A DNA stretch of 64,000 bases from Octopus sinensis (Eukaryota). The notes beneath the pieces are model-generated. The model was not told where the DNA came from and did no database searches. It was given only the letters and a program-made list of their open reading frames with translations. The DNA lies in assembly GCF_006345805.1 (NCBI RefSeq), contig NC_043000.1, forward strand, positions 33,232,001 to 33,296,000. Direction: 5' to 3'. Shown in pieces: positions 41,175 to 54,577 of the stretch. The position numbers and the translations under genes were made by a program. Each line of letters opens with the position of its first letter. Position 1 is the stretch's first letter.

Positions 41175-41908
41175 TGTATAGTGTTTATTTAAAAATGTAT
41201 CAAGATTCTCTCACCTCCAAATATCTAATGGAAGTAGATAGTAAAGGTTAATGTACGGAGGAGAAGGTAGAGGAGGAAGAGAAGGGGGGGAGGCAGACCC
41301 TTCGTTTTGTAAAAAATGCAAAGATCAATTTTTTTTTTTTAACTCCTGTTAATCATCATCCCCGCCACCACATCATCATCATCATCGTTTGTCGGGGATA
41401 ATCTTTCCGCCGCCACCAGCACCTCTACTACCATCACCAACACCACCACCTTCACCTTCTTCTCCTGCTCCTTATCAACATCATCAGCATTATTATCATC
41501 ATCACCATCATCATCATCATCATTATCATCTCCATCATCATCATCATCATTATTATCAAGAGGAGGAGATGGAGGAGGACGTGGTTCCTTTATGAAAATC
41601 ATTTAAAAAGAAAATTTCTCTAAACTTCATTTGTTAACTTCGGCAATCGTCGTCGTCATCATCATCATCATTTACATCATTATTATATCACCCATCATCA
41701 TTACCATCATTATCATCATTAACATTACCATCAGCATCATTTTATCCTCATGGTCGTTGCAGACGCCTTCTCTTCCACTCATATATACACCAACATAAAT
41801 ATGCTTGCACATAGGTATGTATGCATGTATGTATGTATGTATGTATGTATGTATGTATGTATGTATGTATGCATGTATGTATGTAAGTATGTATTATGTA
41901 TGTATGTA

Positions 41909-41940
<32 letters not shown>

Positions 41941-42167
41941 TGCCGTGTATGCTATAAGGTCTGCCAATCTAACGGGAGCCATAAAAGACATTTATAAGAT
42001 CCACTAAGATCAGAACTGCAGCTCTTGAGGGTCCAAATCGGAAGTGCAATAGATGTGGGTGTCTTTTCAATCCCTTATCTGGTTTAAAAAGTCACCTCTG
42101 ACGTCATGGTGAATCTAAGGTTAAGTACAAGATGCGGTCAGACTATGCATAAAGAGGAGACAATCAC

Positions 42168-42567
42168 CATGTATGTATTATGTATATATGTATGTATATA
42201 TGTAAGTATGTATGTAAATATGTATGTATGTATGTATGTATGTACGTATGTATGTATGATGTATGTATGCATGTATGTATGCAGGTATGTATGTGTGTAT
42301 GTATGTATGTACGTATATATGTATGTATGTGTGTATGTATGTATGTACATTTTTATCGAAATATGAACATATGTATTCTTGTAGGTGTGTATATATGTAT
42401 GCATACATGCATGTATGTATGCATGCGTATATGTATGTATACATGTATGCATGTATATATATGTGTGTATTTATGCGTTTTTTCATGTATATATGTATGT
42501 GCTTATGTGTGTATGTATGTAGGTATGTATGTATATTTGTATGTATGTATGTATGCATGTATGTATG

Positions 42568-42601
<34 letters not shown>

Positions 42602-42625
42602 TGTATGTATGTATGTATGTATGTA

Positions 42626-42667
<42 letters not shown>

Positions 42668-42690
42668 TATGCATGCATGTATGTGTGTAT
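42168..42690. repeat. (TATG)n/(TG)n compound microsatellite
   Basis: Direct inspection. Confidence 0.95.
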
Positions 42691-43065
42691 CTATGTAAGT
42701 TTGTATGTGTTGCTTTGGGATTTAAGTTCTGCGTAGAAAGTCGTTCTGCAAACAAAATGTTTCTAAGGAGTCGTGAATATATATGCATGTTCATGCGTGT
42801 GTATATATGAGTTAGTACATGTATATATGTGTGCGTGTGTATATATGAGTTAGTACATGTATATATGTGTGCGTGTGTATATATGAGTTAGTACATGTAT
42901 GTATGTGTGCGTGTGTGCGTGTGTGTATGAGTGCATGTGCATACACACACACGCGAAAATTGTCAGTAGAAAGCGCACGCTAAATATGAGGAATAGAGCA
43001 GTTATATTTTTGCGTGGCTGAGTACTTTATTTGTGATTATTCCATTTCACTGGCGGGAATGTTAA

Positions 43066-43120
43066 CATCGGTTTCGCCCCGACATTTGCACTTGGCATTA
43101 TACACGACTCTTCAGAGATG
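43066..43120 (-). ncRNA. Degenerate hammerhead motif (cleavage site lost)
   Basis: Minus strand: CAUCU | CUGAAGA | GUC...GGC | GAAA-CC | GAUG; stem III and NUH incomplete. Confidence 0.35.
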
Positions 43121-43133
43121 GTGGCTAAAAACG

Positions 43134-43203
<70 letters not shown>

Positions 43204-43356
43204 TTTGTGCGTGTGTGTGTGTGTGTGCGTGTGTGTGGTGAACAAATATATAATAAAAGAAGGAAAATGCACACGTGGGAGAAAATCTCTTCAACGAAAT
43301 TCTTTTTAACTACACACACACTCACACATACACACACACACACACACATATATATA

Positions 43357-43560
43357 GGGAGAATTCATGAAAAAAACAAGACGAAGACAAATGGTGTAGA
43401 CAACAAACAGATGTGTTAGCTTAACTCTCGAGAAGTGAAAAAATCTTTAATGTTTCGAGCCTACGCTCTTCCACAGAAAGGAACAAGGAGAGAAAATAAA
43501 GAATGTGTAGTGGCTAGCGATCTATCATGGCGAATCTATCATTCCTTAGCTACACACAAG
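43357..43560 (-). mobile_element. Isolated PLE 3' tail (pLTR-like) with hammerhead motif at 43444-43481
   Basis: Homologous to 57333-57520; minus strand CUGUGGA-A-GAGC-GUAG-GCUC-GAAA-CA-UU-AAAGA; ends at a (TA)/(CA) tract. Confidence 0.85.
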
Positions 43561-43626
43561 AGAAAATCTCAGAAAGGTCATTTATTCCTCTACATTTTTT
43601 TCTAAATTCTTAAATATATCCCCTTC

Positions 43627-43653
<27 letters not shown>

Positions 43654-43658
<5 letters not shown>

Positions 43659-43905
43659 CTACCAAACAAACATGATTTTTATTGAACTCTAAATACTTTT
43701 TGGAGTCTCGTTCTGATTACTTTCCTAAATACTTTCTTGGAAACTGTTTTTAACATTTTCTTATTATTATCAAAGAATGTATATCTGTATTTTAATACTT
43801 TTGTGATAACCAGAACTTAACACAACAAAGCTCATACAAAACCTTTTTCTAAAAAAGTTAAACCGGTCAAGTGAATAAACATCTTTAAAATTGCATTTTC
43901 AATCG
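43654..43905 (+). mobile_element. Second copy of the 39606-39872 repeat (hammerhead core damaged)
   Basis: See 39606-39872; keeps ACCTTTTTCTAAAAAAGT and AAACCGGTCAAGTG. Confidence 0.85.
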
Positions 43906-44166
43906 AAACTTTTAAAATGCCATTATTATATATTTATGCTTATACATATTTACATATATTTATATATATTTATATTTTTAATACAACAATTATTTTACAC
44001 ACGCTTATATCTTTCTGAAGAATTTTCTAATATAGATTTCTTGATACTAATAATATTATATAAAATATATATAATCGCTCATATTAAATATATAAATACT
44101 TTAATAGTATTAATACTTTGATACAATAGAGCACTCAATATTCTCATTGAATATATTTAACTAAAG

Positions 44167-44260
<94 letters not shown>

Positions 44261-45503
44261 ACATGTGTGTGTATATTTATATGCATGAGAAGAAAGAGAC
44301 AGAGAGAATGTGTGAGAGAGAGAAAGAGTGAGGAAGTGAGAGAAAGGGAGGAAGATATGGTGAAAAGGTTGCCCTGCCCCGAATCTTTGCATCAGAGTAG
44401 GCTCTGCAAAAGCACCAAGGTGCCAAATAACGGTGCTTAAGTGGGGTTTTGATTTTGTCAGTCACCCAGTTTGGTCATGGCCGGATTTGAACTCAAAGTG
44501 CAGAAACTCAAGAAAAATAGCGAGAGGCCTTCTTGCCCTGACTTTAAAGGTTTCAACCAATTGGCCCCTTCTCCATCAAGGCATCAGCCTGTGCTTACTA
44601 GGGGCCATGGTTCGTTTACTTGTCATTGACGTAGTACCGTGATTGGAAACTCAACTGGGTTGTAATCCCTCCGTTATCAAAACGATAGATTCTTATATAA
44701 AAAGGCAAGATTCTTATAAACAATCAACTCATTTGTGTTAATCCTTAATATACAGTGAGGCATAGTAATATAAGATTAGACATATGCTTATCTCAGTGAT
44801 GGGATGTTTAATGTCTGACGAAAGGGTTAATTCCATTAACCTTACGCACCAACTAACGTCGACCACCTGCTGACAAAAATGACAACAATGACTCTATTTT
44901 ATATACACAAACAGAAAACAGTCTTTAGAATCTACTGTGTCACTACACACACACACACATGTACGTGTATGTGTGTGCGCGTGGTACTTTGTTTCAGAGT
45001 GGTGCTTATGCTTGGCCTACCCAAAGCAGGGCAGCAGCAGATGAATTCCTACAGTTCTATAAAATGACTCCTTATAGTACAAGTAAACCAATCATCTCTC
45101 CCAGACAATCCCCCGTCTGTTCTCTCGCCATTGCCCCTGGCTGCACTAAACTTGGAACGGTGTAAAACTGAGAGCTATAACCTTCCAAATTACTCCCTCA
45201 AAATACAGAGTCTATCTAATCCGTATTCCGGTGGCTCCTGGCGGCCCCGGCTTTCGTGCTTTACGTCAAACTGAAGCAGAAGCAATTGCTACGTTGTATC
45301 CTAAGTTTTGTCTGATTCTTCTGGCAATTAGAATTGGTGGTTTTATAAGACGAGGGCCTTTGCCATAAAACCACACCAGAAATCCTCTCGAACAGTGGTT
45401 CCCAACGTTTTATCTAAATAAGTTTTCCCACGACCTCTTTTAACATGCTTACTCTTATGTATGTGCATGTGTGTGTATATATTAATATATATATATATAT
45501 ATA

Positions 45504-45865
45504 TATACAAAAATTATTAGAGAGTTATCCACTATGTGGATAACTCTAGTGCTAAAAATAGCTCCGAAGCAACACAGAAGATCTGTTACCAACTAGAATC
45601 AACATACATTTAGCGGAAGGAAAGTGAAATACAACGAATAAAATAGATTGACTCTATACAATTGTTTCATTGTAAGTAAAACTACATATTACATTAGTAA
45701 TGAAACAATTGTATAGAGTCAATCTATTTTATTCGTTGTATTTCACTTTCCTTCCGCTAAATGTATGTGATTCTAGTTGGTAACAGATCTTTGTGGTTGC
45801 TTCGGAGCTATTTTTAGCACTAGAGTTATCCACATAGTGGATAACTCTCTAATAATTTATGTATA
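45504..45865. repeat. ~360-bp near-perfect foldback palindrome
   Basis: Arms ~45504-45671 and 45699-45865, 27-bp spacer; each arm holds a nested hairpin AGAGTTATCCAC-TAT/ATA-GTGGATAACTCT. Confidence 0.95.
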
Positions 45866-45957
45866 AATTTGTATTTTCTCCGTAGTTTTTTGTGCTAAGC
45901 CACTTGGTTTAATTAATGGTATTATTAAATTAATATCGATTTTTCACCCTCATTATA

Positions 45958-46000
<43 letters not shown>

Positions 46001-46645
46001 CATACATACATACCTACATACATACATACATACATACATACATACATGCATGCATACATACATACATACATAATACTACATACATACATACATACATACA
46101 TACATACATACATACATACATACATACATACTTGGAAATGGATGTGTCGCGTTCAACTAAATAATAAAAAGTAAATAATAAGAGTGTGTGTGTGACTTTG
46201 AATTCAGTTCACAGACCCCCCCCCCCCAGTACACCAGGGGCTCCGTGGATCCCCTGGTGTCCTGGAATACGAGGAATAGAGCAATTTCAGACTACTCAAT
46301 GAAATATTTTTCTAAATTTGATGAAGGGCGGGTCCGCCTAAGTCATCACATCCCTCCTTTTCCTCCTCTTCATAACAAAGAAATGTCCATTAAAGGCCAG
46401 CCCGTCCGCTTCAGGGTCCCAGCAGACGAAAGGTAAAAGCTGTTACCCCAGAAGAAGATGGTGACGGAGATGTGCTGGGAGAGCCACTCTGACTCACAGG
46501 ACCCGCTCCTCATAGCGGTGAACAAGATGTGGTCCGGGGACGGAGAATGCCGGAAGTCTCCACTGCCACAGGCTCGACCATAAACCTGTCAGAGAGCGAC
46601 CGTTACTTTGATGTAAACTGAAGCATCTATCTATCCATCTATCAT

Positions 46646-46694
<49 letters not shown>

Positions 46695-46908
46695 GCATCC
46701 ATCCATCTATCTATCTCTCTATCTATCCATGCATCCATGCATCCATCATCTATCTATCTATCTATCTATCCATCCATCCATCATCCATCTATCTATCTAT
46801 CTATCTATCAATCCCCCCCTCTCTCTCTCTCTCTCTCTCTCTTCTATATATATATATATATATAGATATATATTATATATATATATAATATAATATATAC
46901 ATATATAA

Positions 46909-46955
<47 letters not shown>

Positions 46956-47057
46956 TATATATATTCTACCTGTTAATGTATCTATTTATGTGTGTATACA
47001 CACATACACACACACATTAATGTCACTCGGGTTTTTTTCAAAGAATGAATGTTATGT

Positions 47058-47330
47058 CTTGGGAGGGTCATCACAACAATAATAACACACGCACTCATTC
47101 AATATCACTTCTTCATTGTTAGTCAATTGGTTATATATATCTAGTCAACAAACTAATCAATTGTTTGTTTAATGTGTTGATTAAACAATCGGAGCTTACC
47201 TTGAAGAGCGATCACAAGTCTCCGAGAAGGTCGCGATTAGCGACGAAAGGGGCATTGATTCTCAAACAACCGACTGATTGTTTAACGAGATCATTAAACA
47301 GACGATCGATTAGTTGGTAAGATATTTAAC
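47058..47330 (+). mobile_element. Unclassified repeat (related copy at ~9322-9455)
   Basis: Both begin T(C/T)GGGAGGGTCAT(T/C)ACA(C/A)CAATA(T/A)TAA(A)CACACGCAC and continue into AT-rich short inverted repeats. Confidence 0.6.
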
Positions 47331-47504
47331 CAACTGGCTAGTAATATAGAAATGATATCGATCTGTTGCATGCGATGTCTGACGCAAAAAAGATTTGTTG
47401 CAACACACCAATTCACAGCAAGAATCTTGCAGACCTAAATACGAAGTGAAACAACTCAGTTTTTATCTATTTAGAAAAGTGTGTGTGTGTGTGTGTGTGT
47501 GTGA

Positions 47505-47535
<31 letters not shown>

Positions 47536-48057
47536 TGTGTGTGTGTATGTGTGTGTCCATGTATGTGTCCGTGTGTGTGTGTGTGTGTGTCCGAGAGAGC
47601 ATGATGCATAACTCTGCTAACAGTTTATAGTTGATCATTATCTCCAGATAACACACAGCAATATCTAATTACATAGTAGACGATGAATTATGTGTCCAGC
47701 CTTCTTAATAAAATCAGAACAACACTGGCTATTAATAGACGCATGGTTCTAACGACATAAGAATCTCTTATCTTCTTTTTATCTATCATTTATGTATTCA
47801 TTCATTTATTGTTTGGTATTGTCTTCGATTCATCCTATTTCTTGACCAGTTAATTTGAATCTATGGTTTATTATGTATTTGTGGGGGGTGGGGGTTATTT
47901 ATTTATTTATTTATTTTTTGCTGTAACTATAATATGCAAATAAAGAGATAAGAACATCTTGCACGAAGAATTTATATTCTTGAAAATACAAGTTCATCAA
48001 GCAAATGGGTTTTATAAATAAACCTGATGAACCGATTATTTAGTATTAATGTAATAA

Positions 48058-49098
48058 CACTGGCTTAGAAAAATGAGTCAAAGCAACCTTGAAAGGAGGA
48101 AAATTAGAAAAGAGAGCAACATCACACTAGATAAGGCAAATGAAATAAGAGAATTAGACCAAAGCCAAACATACAGATATTTAGGAATCCATGAACTAGA
48201 TACGATGCAACACACACAAATGAAAAAGAAAATAAAAAAAAGAACACTATAGACGAGTTAGATTGATACTGAAAACAGAGCTTAATGCGAAAAACAAGAT
48301 AATAGGTATCAACACTTTAGCCGTCTAAGTTATAAGTTACAGCTACAATATTCTTAACTGGACACTAAATAAACTAATCAAAATAGGATGCACCACCCAA
48401 AATCTGACATAGAATGGTTATATATACAACGTATAGAAGGTAGTAGAGGCCTTATACAGCTAGAAAACTATTACAAAATGACCACCATAGGACTACAGAA
48501 ATACCTACTTCAGAAGCAAGGAAAACTAAATAGCTACAAAGCACGAACAAAACAAAAAACTGTTTTCAGTCTTTAAGGAAGCTGATAAATACAAGCAAGA
48601 AGTCATACCACCTGACAACTATGAAGAAAAAGAAGAAACAACAAAAGCTGTAAAACAGCTGAAATCCAAACTAAAACTGGAACAGCAGCGTATCACGATG
48701 GAACGATAGCAAGAAAAGCTCCTACATGGCAAATACTGGGTTAAACTAAACACAAAACAAACAAACAAAGCGAAATCCCAACAATGGCTGAGAAGCTCAG
48801 GACTCAAAGCAGAGACTGAAGGATTTTTTATTGCAGCACAACATCAAAGCCTCCCCACCAGAAATTACCAAAAACATGTAATGAAAAAAAAACATAACAA
48901 GTAACTGCAGAATATGTGGAGATGGGCAAGAAACAATAAATCATATTATTTCTGGCTGCCCAGTCCTGGCTAACAAGGAATATATTCACAGACACAACAG
49001 AGTTAGGACCTTCATACATTGGAAGCTATGCCAACACTATGGAATAACAACAGAAAAAAGACGGTATAGGCACACGACAGAGAAGGTCACAGAAAACG
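48058..49098 (+). pseudogene. R4/Dong-type retrotransposon fragment (RT thumb to CCHC zinc knuckle), frameshifted
   Basis: YRYLGI, RRVRLILKTELNAKNKIIGINTLA, WLRSSGLKAETEG, CRICGDGQETINHIISGCPVL. Confidence 0.9.
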
Positions 49099-49601
49099 TG
49101 GAAGAGTTATCATGCACATTTCTTTGTCTTGGTATATAAGATGGGCTACAGCAAATATTCTGCTCAATACCACAGATTTGCTTGTCATTTGTTTGACCGT
49201 AACCAGCTGAGCATGTTCCTCGGGGGCTGACGATATATGCATCTCTGATCACGAGCAAAAGTAGTGGGGGAGCATCATAGCTATGTTTTGAGACGAATTC
49301 TTTGGGGGTTGGATAATTCACGTTTGGAAACATTGGTGTTTCGTTCAGCATCCTTAAACAACCCTTATTCAGGAACCTTTTGAGCGGGATGGGCGATTCA
49401 ATTTGAACAAAATTCTAACTGGGCCCCACCTGCAAGGTCATGTGCTGTTTATCTTGATATGAGATCACCATGTCGAGCACATATGGTTGTGATGCATGTG
49501 CCTAGTGTACCCTTATCAGACGGGTAGTCATGATGGGTATATTGGGCTTCGTATATTTTACCCCAGTGTCACTTTGATAGTATACACTTCTCTCTCACTA
49601 A
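49099..49601 (+). mobile_element. Unclassified element ending in (AAT/AAC)n, abutting Dong fragment
   Basis: Interrupts the Dong sequence at ACAGAAAACG and terminates CTCTCTCACT-AAATAATAAC(AAC)n. Confidence 0.45.
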
Positions 49602-49606
49602 ATAAT

Positions 49607-49645
<39 letters not shown>

Positions 49646-49649
49646 AATA

Positions 49650-49732
<83 letters not shown>

Positions 49733-50796
49733 GATCCAGATAGCGGCAAAACACGAGCAAAACAAAAAACTGTTCTCAGTATTTAAGGAAGCTGACAAAT
49801 ACAAACAAGAAATCATACCACCTAATAAACATGAAGAAGAAGAAGAAGAAGAAGAAGAAGATGAAGAAACAACAAAAGCTATAAAACAAATGAAATCCAA
49901 ACTAAAAATAGAACAGCAACGAACCATGATAAAACGATGGCAAGAAAAGCTCCTTCATGGTAAATACTGGACTAAACTAAACGCACAAGAAATAGACAAA
50001 GAAAAATCCCAGCAATGGTTGAGAAGCTCAGGACTCAAAGCAGAAACAGAGGGATTTTTAATTGCAGCACAAGACCAAAGCCTCCCCACCAGAAATTACC
50101 AAAAACATGTAATGAAAAGAAATATTACAAGTAACTGCAGAATATGTGGAGATGGACAAGAAACAATAAATCATATTATCTCTAGCTGCCCAGTCCTGGC
50201 TAAGAAGGAATATATTCACAGACATGACAGAGTTGGAACCCACATACATTGGAAGCTATGCCAACATTATGGAATAACAACAGAAAAAAGATGGTATAGG
50301 CACACACCAGAAAAGGTCACAGAAAACGAGAAAGCAACCATACTCTGGGATATGCCGATACACACAGATAGAGAAATTAAGGCCAACAGACCAGATATAG
50401 TTGTCAGAGATCATGAAGGAAAAAAATGCTTTCTAATTGATGTATCAATACCGGCAGATGACAACGTGTCTCTAAAAGAAATGGAGAAACTCTCAAAATA
50501 CAAGACCTGGAAATAGAGGTAACTAGAATGTGGAATCTGAAAACAGAACAATTCCTATCATAGTAGGTGCATTAGGCATGATAAAAAAATATCAGACAAA
50601 TGCATAACAAAAACACCAGGACTTACAAACACATATAACATACAGAAAATTGCACTACTAGGCACTGCACACATCCTACGCAGAACACTTTCCATACAAT
50701 AACCTTCAGAGCATCACAACAAATCACAGCACATACCCAAGGCACACAGAGCTGCGCTCGGTAGTGAAGTGAAAGCACGCAATAAAAATAAAACTA

Positions 50797-50800
<4 letters not shown>
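49733..50800 (+). mobile_element. 5'-truncated R4/Dong-type element: CCHC knuckle, restriction-like endonuclease, 3' UTR
   Basis: ORF 49653-50516: CRICGDGQETINHIISSC..HRHD, RPDIVVRD, CFLIDVSIP; 1-bp deletions near 50503 and 50593 relative to the copy at 56311; (AAT)n on both sides. Confidence 0.93.
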
Positions 50801-50840
<40 letters not shown>

Positions 50841-52530
50841 GGAACCAGACTGGATACGAAAAATCAGTTACTGGTTCAATTCTTCCGGAAACACAGGAGC
50901 TGGGAGTACCCCACAACCGGAATATTCTAACAGATCGCCATCCAAGCTCGTCATCAAATATCCAAATGAAAACGAATGAGAAATGGTCTAGGAGAGATAA
51001 TAAAGAAGTTCTTAAGGTTTTCTATGATGCCATGTATTTCCTCACAAATAAATCTAATACTGTACAAACCTACTTAAACTGGAGACAGAAACACCTTGAA
51101 GTAAGACCTGACATCGACAGTAACAAACTTGCCAACGTCAGAAGAAACATTATGAAAAAGAAATTACTGACTGAAGTAGAGATTGATCAAATTAAACAAA
51201 CAGTAAGGGATAAAATGAACGAAGCTGCAGCTAAAGAAGATACTACAGAGGAAATAATTATAGACCAACCCAGGTCTGATGAAAATGCAATAATGATTGA
51301 AAGAGTAAATGTAACTGATAAGCTAAGTGAAATACTCTCTGAACCAACCATAAACACCAACGCAGATGAAAATCAAATAGAAGAAGTAAGTCACGCAGAA
51401 ATTGACCCGAACACAACTAGTTGATCTAAAAAATCAAATCATGATTGAATGGCTGAAAATTAAAGAAACCAGTATGAATGAACGTGACACTCTCCAAAAA
51501 ATTCGCAATTCTAACCAAAACCTGAAAGTAATTGGTAAAATCCGCCTTACACTTAAGGATATAATTTCAGCTAATGATGTTGATATTATAGATCTCAACC
51601 ACCAATATTTATGTATCTGCGAAAATCTCAACGATTCTGTGGTGAAAAGATTAGAAAACAACAATACTCCCACAAAAAGCCTTCTTGACAAGAGCGTATC
51701 AACACCAAATTCAGCTACTTAGGTCTGCCATAGAATGTTTAAAAAACCTAAAGTTTGACAAAACTATCAAACCAACAAAATTCCGAAAATTAAAAAATAT
51801 AATATGAAAACCATACTTGACATCGATACCCCCCATAGAAACTATTAAGCAAAAGGTATGTGCTAAAGCTGCCCGCATAGCAAGGTATGAAGAGCGCGTT
51901 ACAGGAAGATAGGAAAAATACCAGTTACAGTAAAGCCTGTCCCATCAAAAGGAATTTTGGAATAAAATTTGAGAAGAAATAACAGACAATGAAAAGGCCC
52001 CTTGGATTGATTACTGACTTAGACTCTTTAGAAGAGCAAAAGTGGGAGGGTATCAAGGTAGAGGATGTAAGATCTGCTCTCAGGAAGTCAATCAAATGGA
52101 AGTCTCCAGGAAAGGATAAAATTCCTAACTTCTGGTTGAACCAGCGGAGAGCTACAAATCCCTAGGGGTATTTGAAGGTGATGGAATCAAGCATTCAGTG
52201 ATGCGGGAAAGGATCAGAAAAGAATGTTATCGCAGGGTAAGGGCAATTCTCAAGACAGAACTGAACGCTTAAAATAAGAAACAGAATGATTTATCATAGC
52301 AGCCTAAGATCAATGCCTACTTACAAGGAACTACAAGGCCAACATATTGAAGAACGGCAGTAGCCCAAAATGTCGTGTGTGTAAACAACAAAATGAAACC
52401 ATTGATCATGTTCTTCCATGTGTAGTCTTCTTGCGCCCACGGAGTATCTCAACAGGCATGACAGAACAGCACGGGTTATTCACGCAGCCCTTCTACAAGA
52501 ACTTGCTCTGTCCACTCCACCCTTCTCTCA
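50841..52530 (+). mobile_element. R4/Dong-type element with 5' end retained and large internal deletions
   Basis: N-terminal KWSRRDNKEVLKVFY..WRQK..LANVRRNIMKKKLLTEVEI (Myb-like region of the R4 clade), KWKSPGKDKIPNFWL, YKSLG..RRVRAILKTELNA, CRVCKQQNETIDHVL..YLNRHD. Confidence 0.85.
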
Positions 52531-52594
52531 TACGTTAACCCCTAGCATAAAGCCAACCCCATCTTCCTCAGGGTTCGTAGTCTTGCAAGCAGCA

Positions 52595-52805
52595 TGGCGA
52601 CCTCAATAAAAGTGCTGGTGGCATGAAAACAAAGCACCCAATACATTCGTTAAAGTGGTTGGTGTTAGGAAGGAGATGCAGCCATAGGGACCATGCCAAA
52701 GCAGACACTGGACACGATGCAGTCCCTGGCCCTTCAGATCCTGTCAAACCATCCAACCCATGCCAAGGTGGGACATGGACTTTAAATGATGATGATGGTG
52801 ATGGT
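52595..52805 (+). mobile_element. SINE-like repeat ending in (TGA)n (inverted copies at 53076-53415 and 53772-53935)
   Basis: Shared GTGGTTGG(C/T)GTTAGGAAGG(G/A)CATCC..CCATCCAACCCATGCCA motifs. Confidence 0.75.
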
Positions 52806-54164
52806 GACCAACATTATCATTTTAACACCATTTTTCAAGCTTGCATGGGTTGGTAGGCTCTTCTTAAGCAAAGCATCTGCCTTTATGTTGTAGAATTTTG
52901 TCATTTCCTTTCAGCTTCTTCAGAGAAATGTCCTTCTCAAGAAGCATCATGTGTCCAGCCATAACAACTCGATTATCAGTTACGCACATTTTAGTCGATC
53001 ACTCTTATATTCAGTTTTTCTCTCAGTTCATTTACATTTCATCATTCGTACACACTAACACTACACATTTAATCAATCATCATCATCATCGTTTAACATC
53101 TGCTTTCCATGCTGGCATAGGTTGGACAGTTTGACTGAAAACTTGTAAGCCAGGAGGCTGCACCAGGCTCCAATCTGTTCTTGCAAGGTTTCTACGGCTG
53201 GATGTCCTTCCTAACGCCAACCACTCTAAGAGTGTAATGGGTGCTTTTTACATGCCACCGGCACAGGTGCCCCTGACCTTACACTGGCATCAGCCATGAT
53301 AACAGTCTCACTTAGCTTGACAGGTCAACACAAGGGTCTTGGTCACCTGTCACTGCCTTTATGAAGCCCAACACTCGAATAGTGCTTTTTACATGCCACT
53401 AGCACAGATAGCCACCAACCTCTGCATGGCCTCTGCACTCACAAACCATATTCCAGAGACAATCATCACATTCTAACATTCTTTCAAACAGAGAATTTCT
53501 TTGTTGCAAGCAGAGACTAGAATTCCTTGAACTTTTTCCACTTTATTCTACTCTGGCTAATTTAACCTCCACTGCTTTTAATTAGGTCACTGAGATAATG
53601 GAGCTCAAGAACACCACCCACTTCCAATGCTGATTAGGTCACCCAGATAAGAAAATTTATCACCTACATTTATGGAGCCCTTCAAGCATTTGGACATTTT
53701 AATTCATGTGTGCTTCTACAGATAGCTACATCTGCATATCTACTACATACAAAACCCTTCTTTTCTCTCAGCCATTTTCCATTCTGGCATGGGTTGGACA
53801 GTTTGACTGGAACTGGTGAGCTGGAAAGCTACACCAGACTCCAGTCTGTTTTGGTGTGGTTTCTAGGGCAGGATGCCCTTCCTAACACCAACCATTGTAC
53901 AGAGTGCACTAGGTGCCTTTTATGTGTCACCAACACGAATGCCTGAAACAAGCAAAAGATAAAAGAATTGTTCTTTTCTCTCTCAAAACACTGAGTCCTG
54001 TTACCCACACACATGCACACACACACGTGTGCATGTAATTTTCTATTGCAATGTTCTACCAATATCATTGTGTGAATGTATGTACATAGGTGGATGTGTA
54101 TGCATGTATAATTGTATGTATATATATGTGTGTGTGTATAAACGTATGTAGATATATGGATGAT

Positions 54165-54319
54165 ATATAAGGCGGCGAACTAGCAGAGACTTTGCCTTTC
54201 ATCCTTTCATCCTTTCGGGGTCGATTAAATAAGTACCAGTTACGCACTGGGGTTGATGTAATCGACTTAATCCGTTTGTCTGTCCTTGTTTAGCCCCTTG
54301 TGGGCAGTAAAGAAATACG
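54165..54319 (+). mobile_element. Internally deleted Meta-like SINE with 12-bp flanking direct repeat
   Basis: TATATGGATGAT at 54153-54164 and 54320-54331; A box joined directly to the central domain; ends AAAGAAATA. Confidence 0.8.
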
Positions 54320-54577
54320 TATATGGATGATTGTTGGGTGCTGATCAATAATCTCACAAGCTACAAATCTCAATGTCACAAGGCTGAACCCCAAGTCATA
54401 ATGTAGAAGCTGAATGAAGCAGCAGCTCCTGCCTCGATGAAACTGTGCTGTGTGTCAAAGAGCAAGCCGTTTTCTTCTAGAAACATGAATCAACTTCCAT
54501 CTGACGATGAGGTCCGAGAGAGAGAGGCTTGTAACTAATAGCATCTGATGGGGCATATCATACCTTGTAACTAATTA

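Noticed and set aside
44815-44850. CTGACGA-AAGGGTTAAT-TCC-ATTAACCTT hammerhead-like start
   Set aside because: The GAAA half is missing.
45672-45698. Palindrome spacer starting GTAAGT and ending TTAG(T) as a micro-intron
   Set aside because: About 26 nt is too short for a typical spliceosomal intron and there is no flanking exon evidence; likely coincidence.
46318-46346. TTGATGAA-GGGCGG-GT-CCGCC hammerhead-like start
   Set aside because: No GAAA and no stem III.
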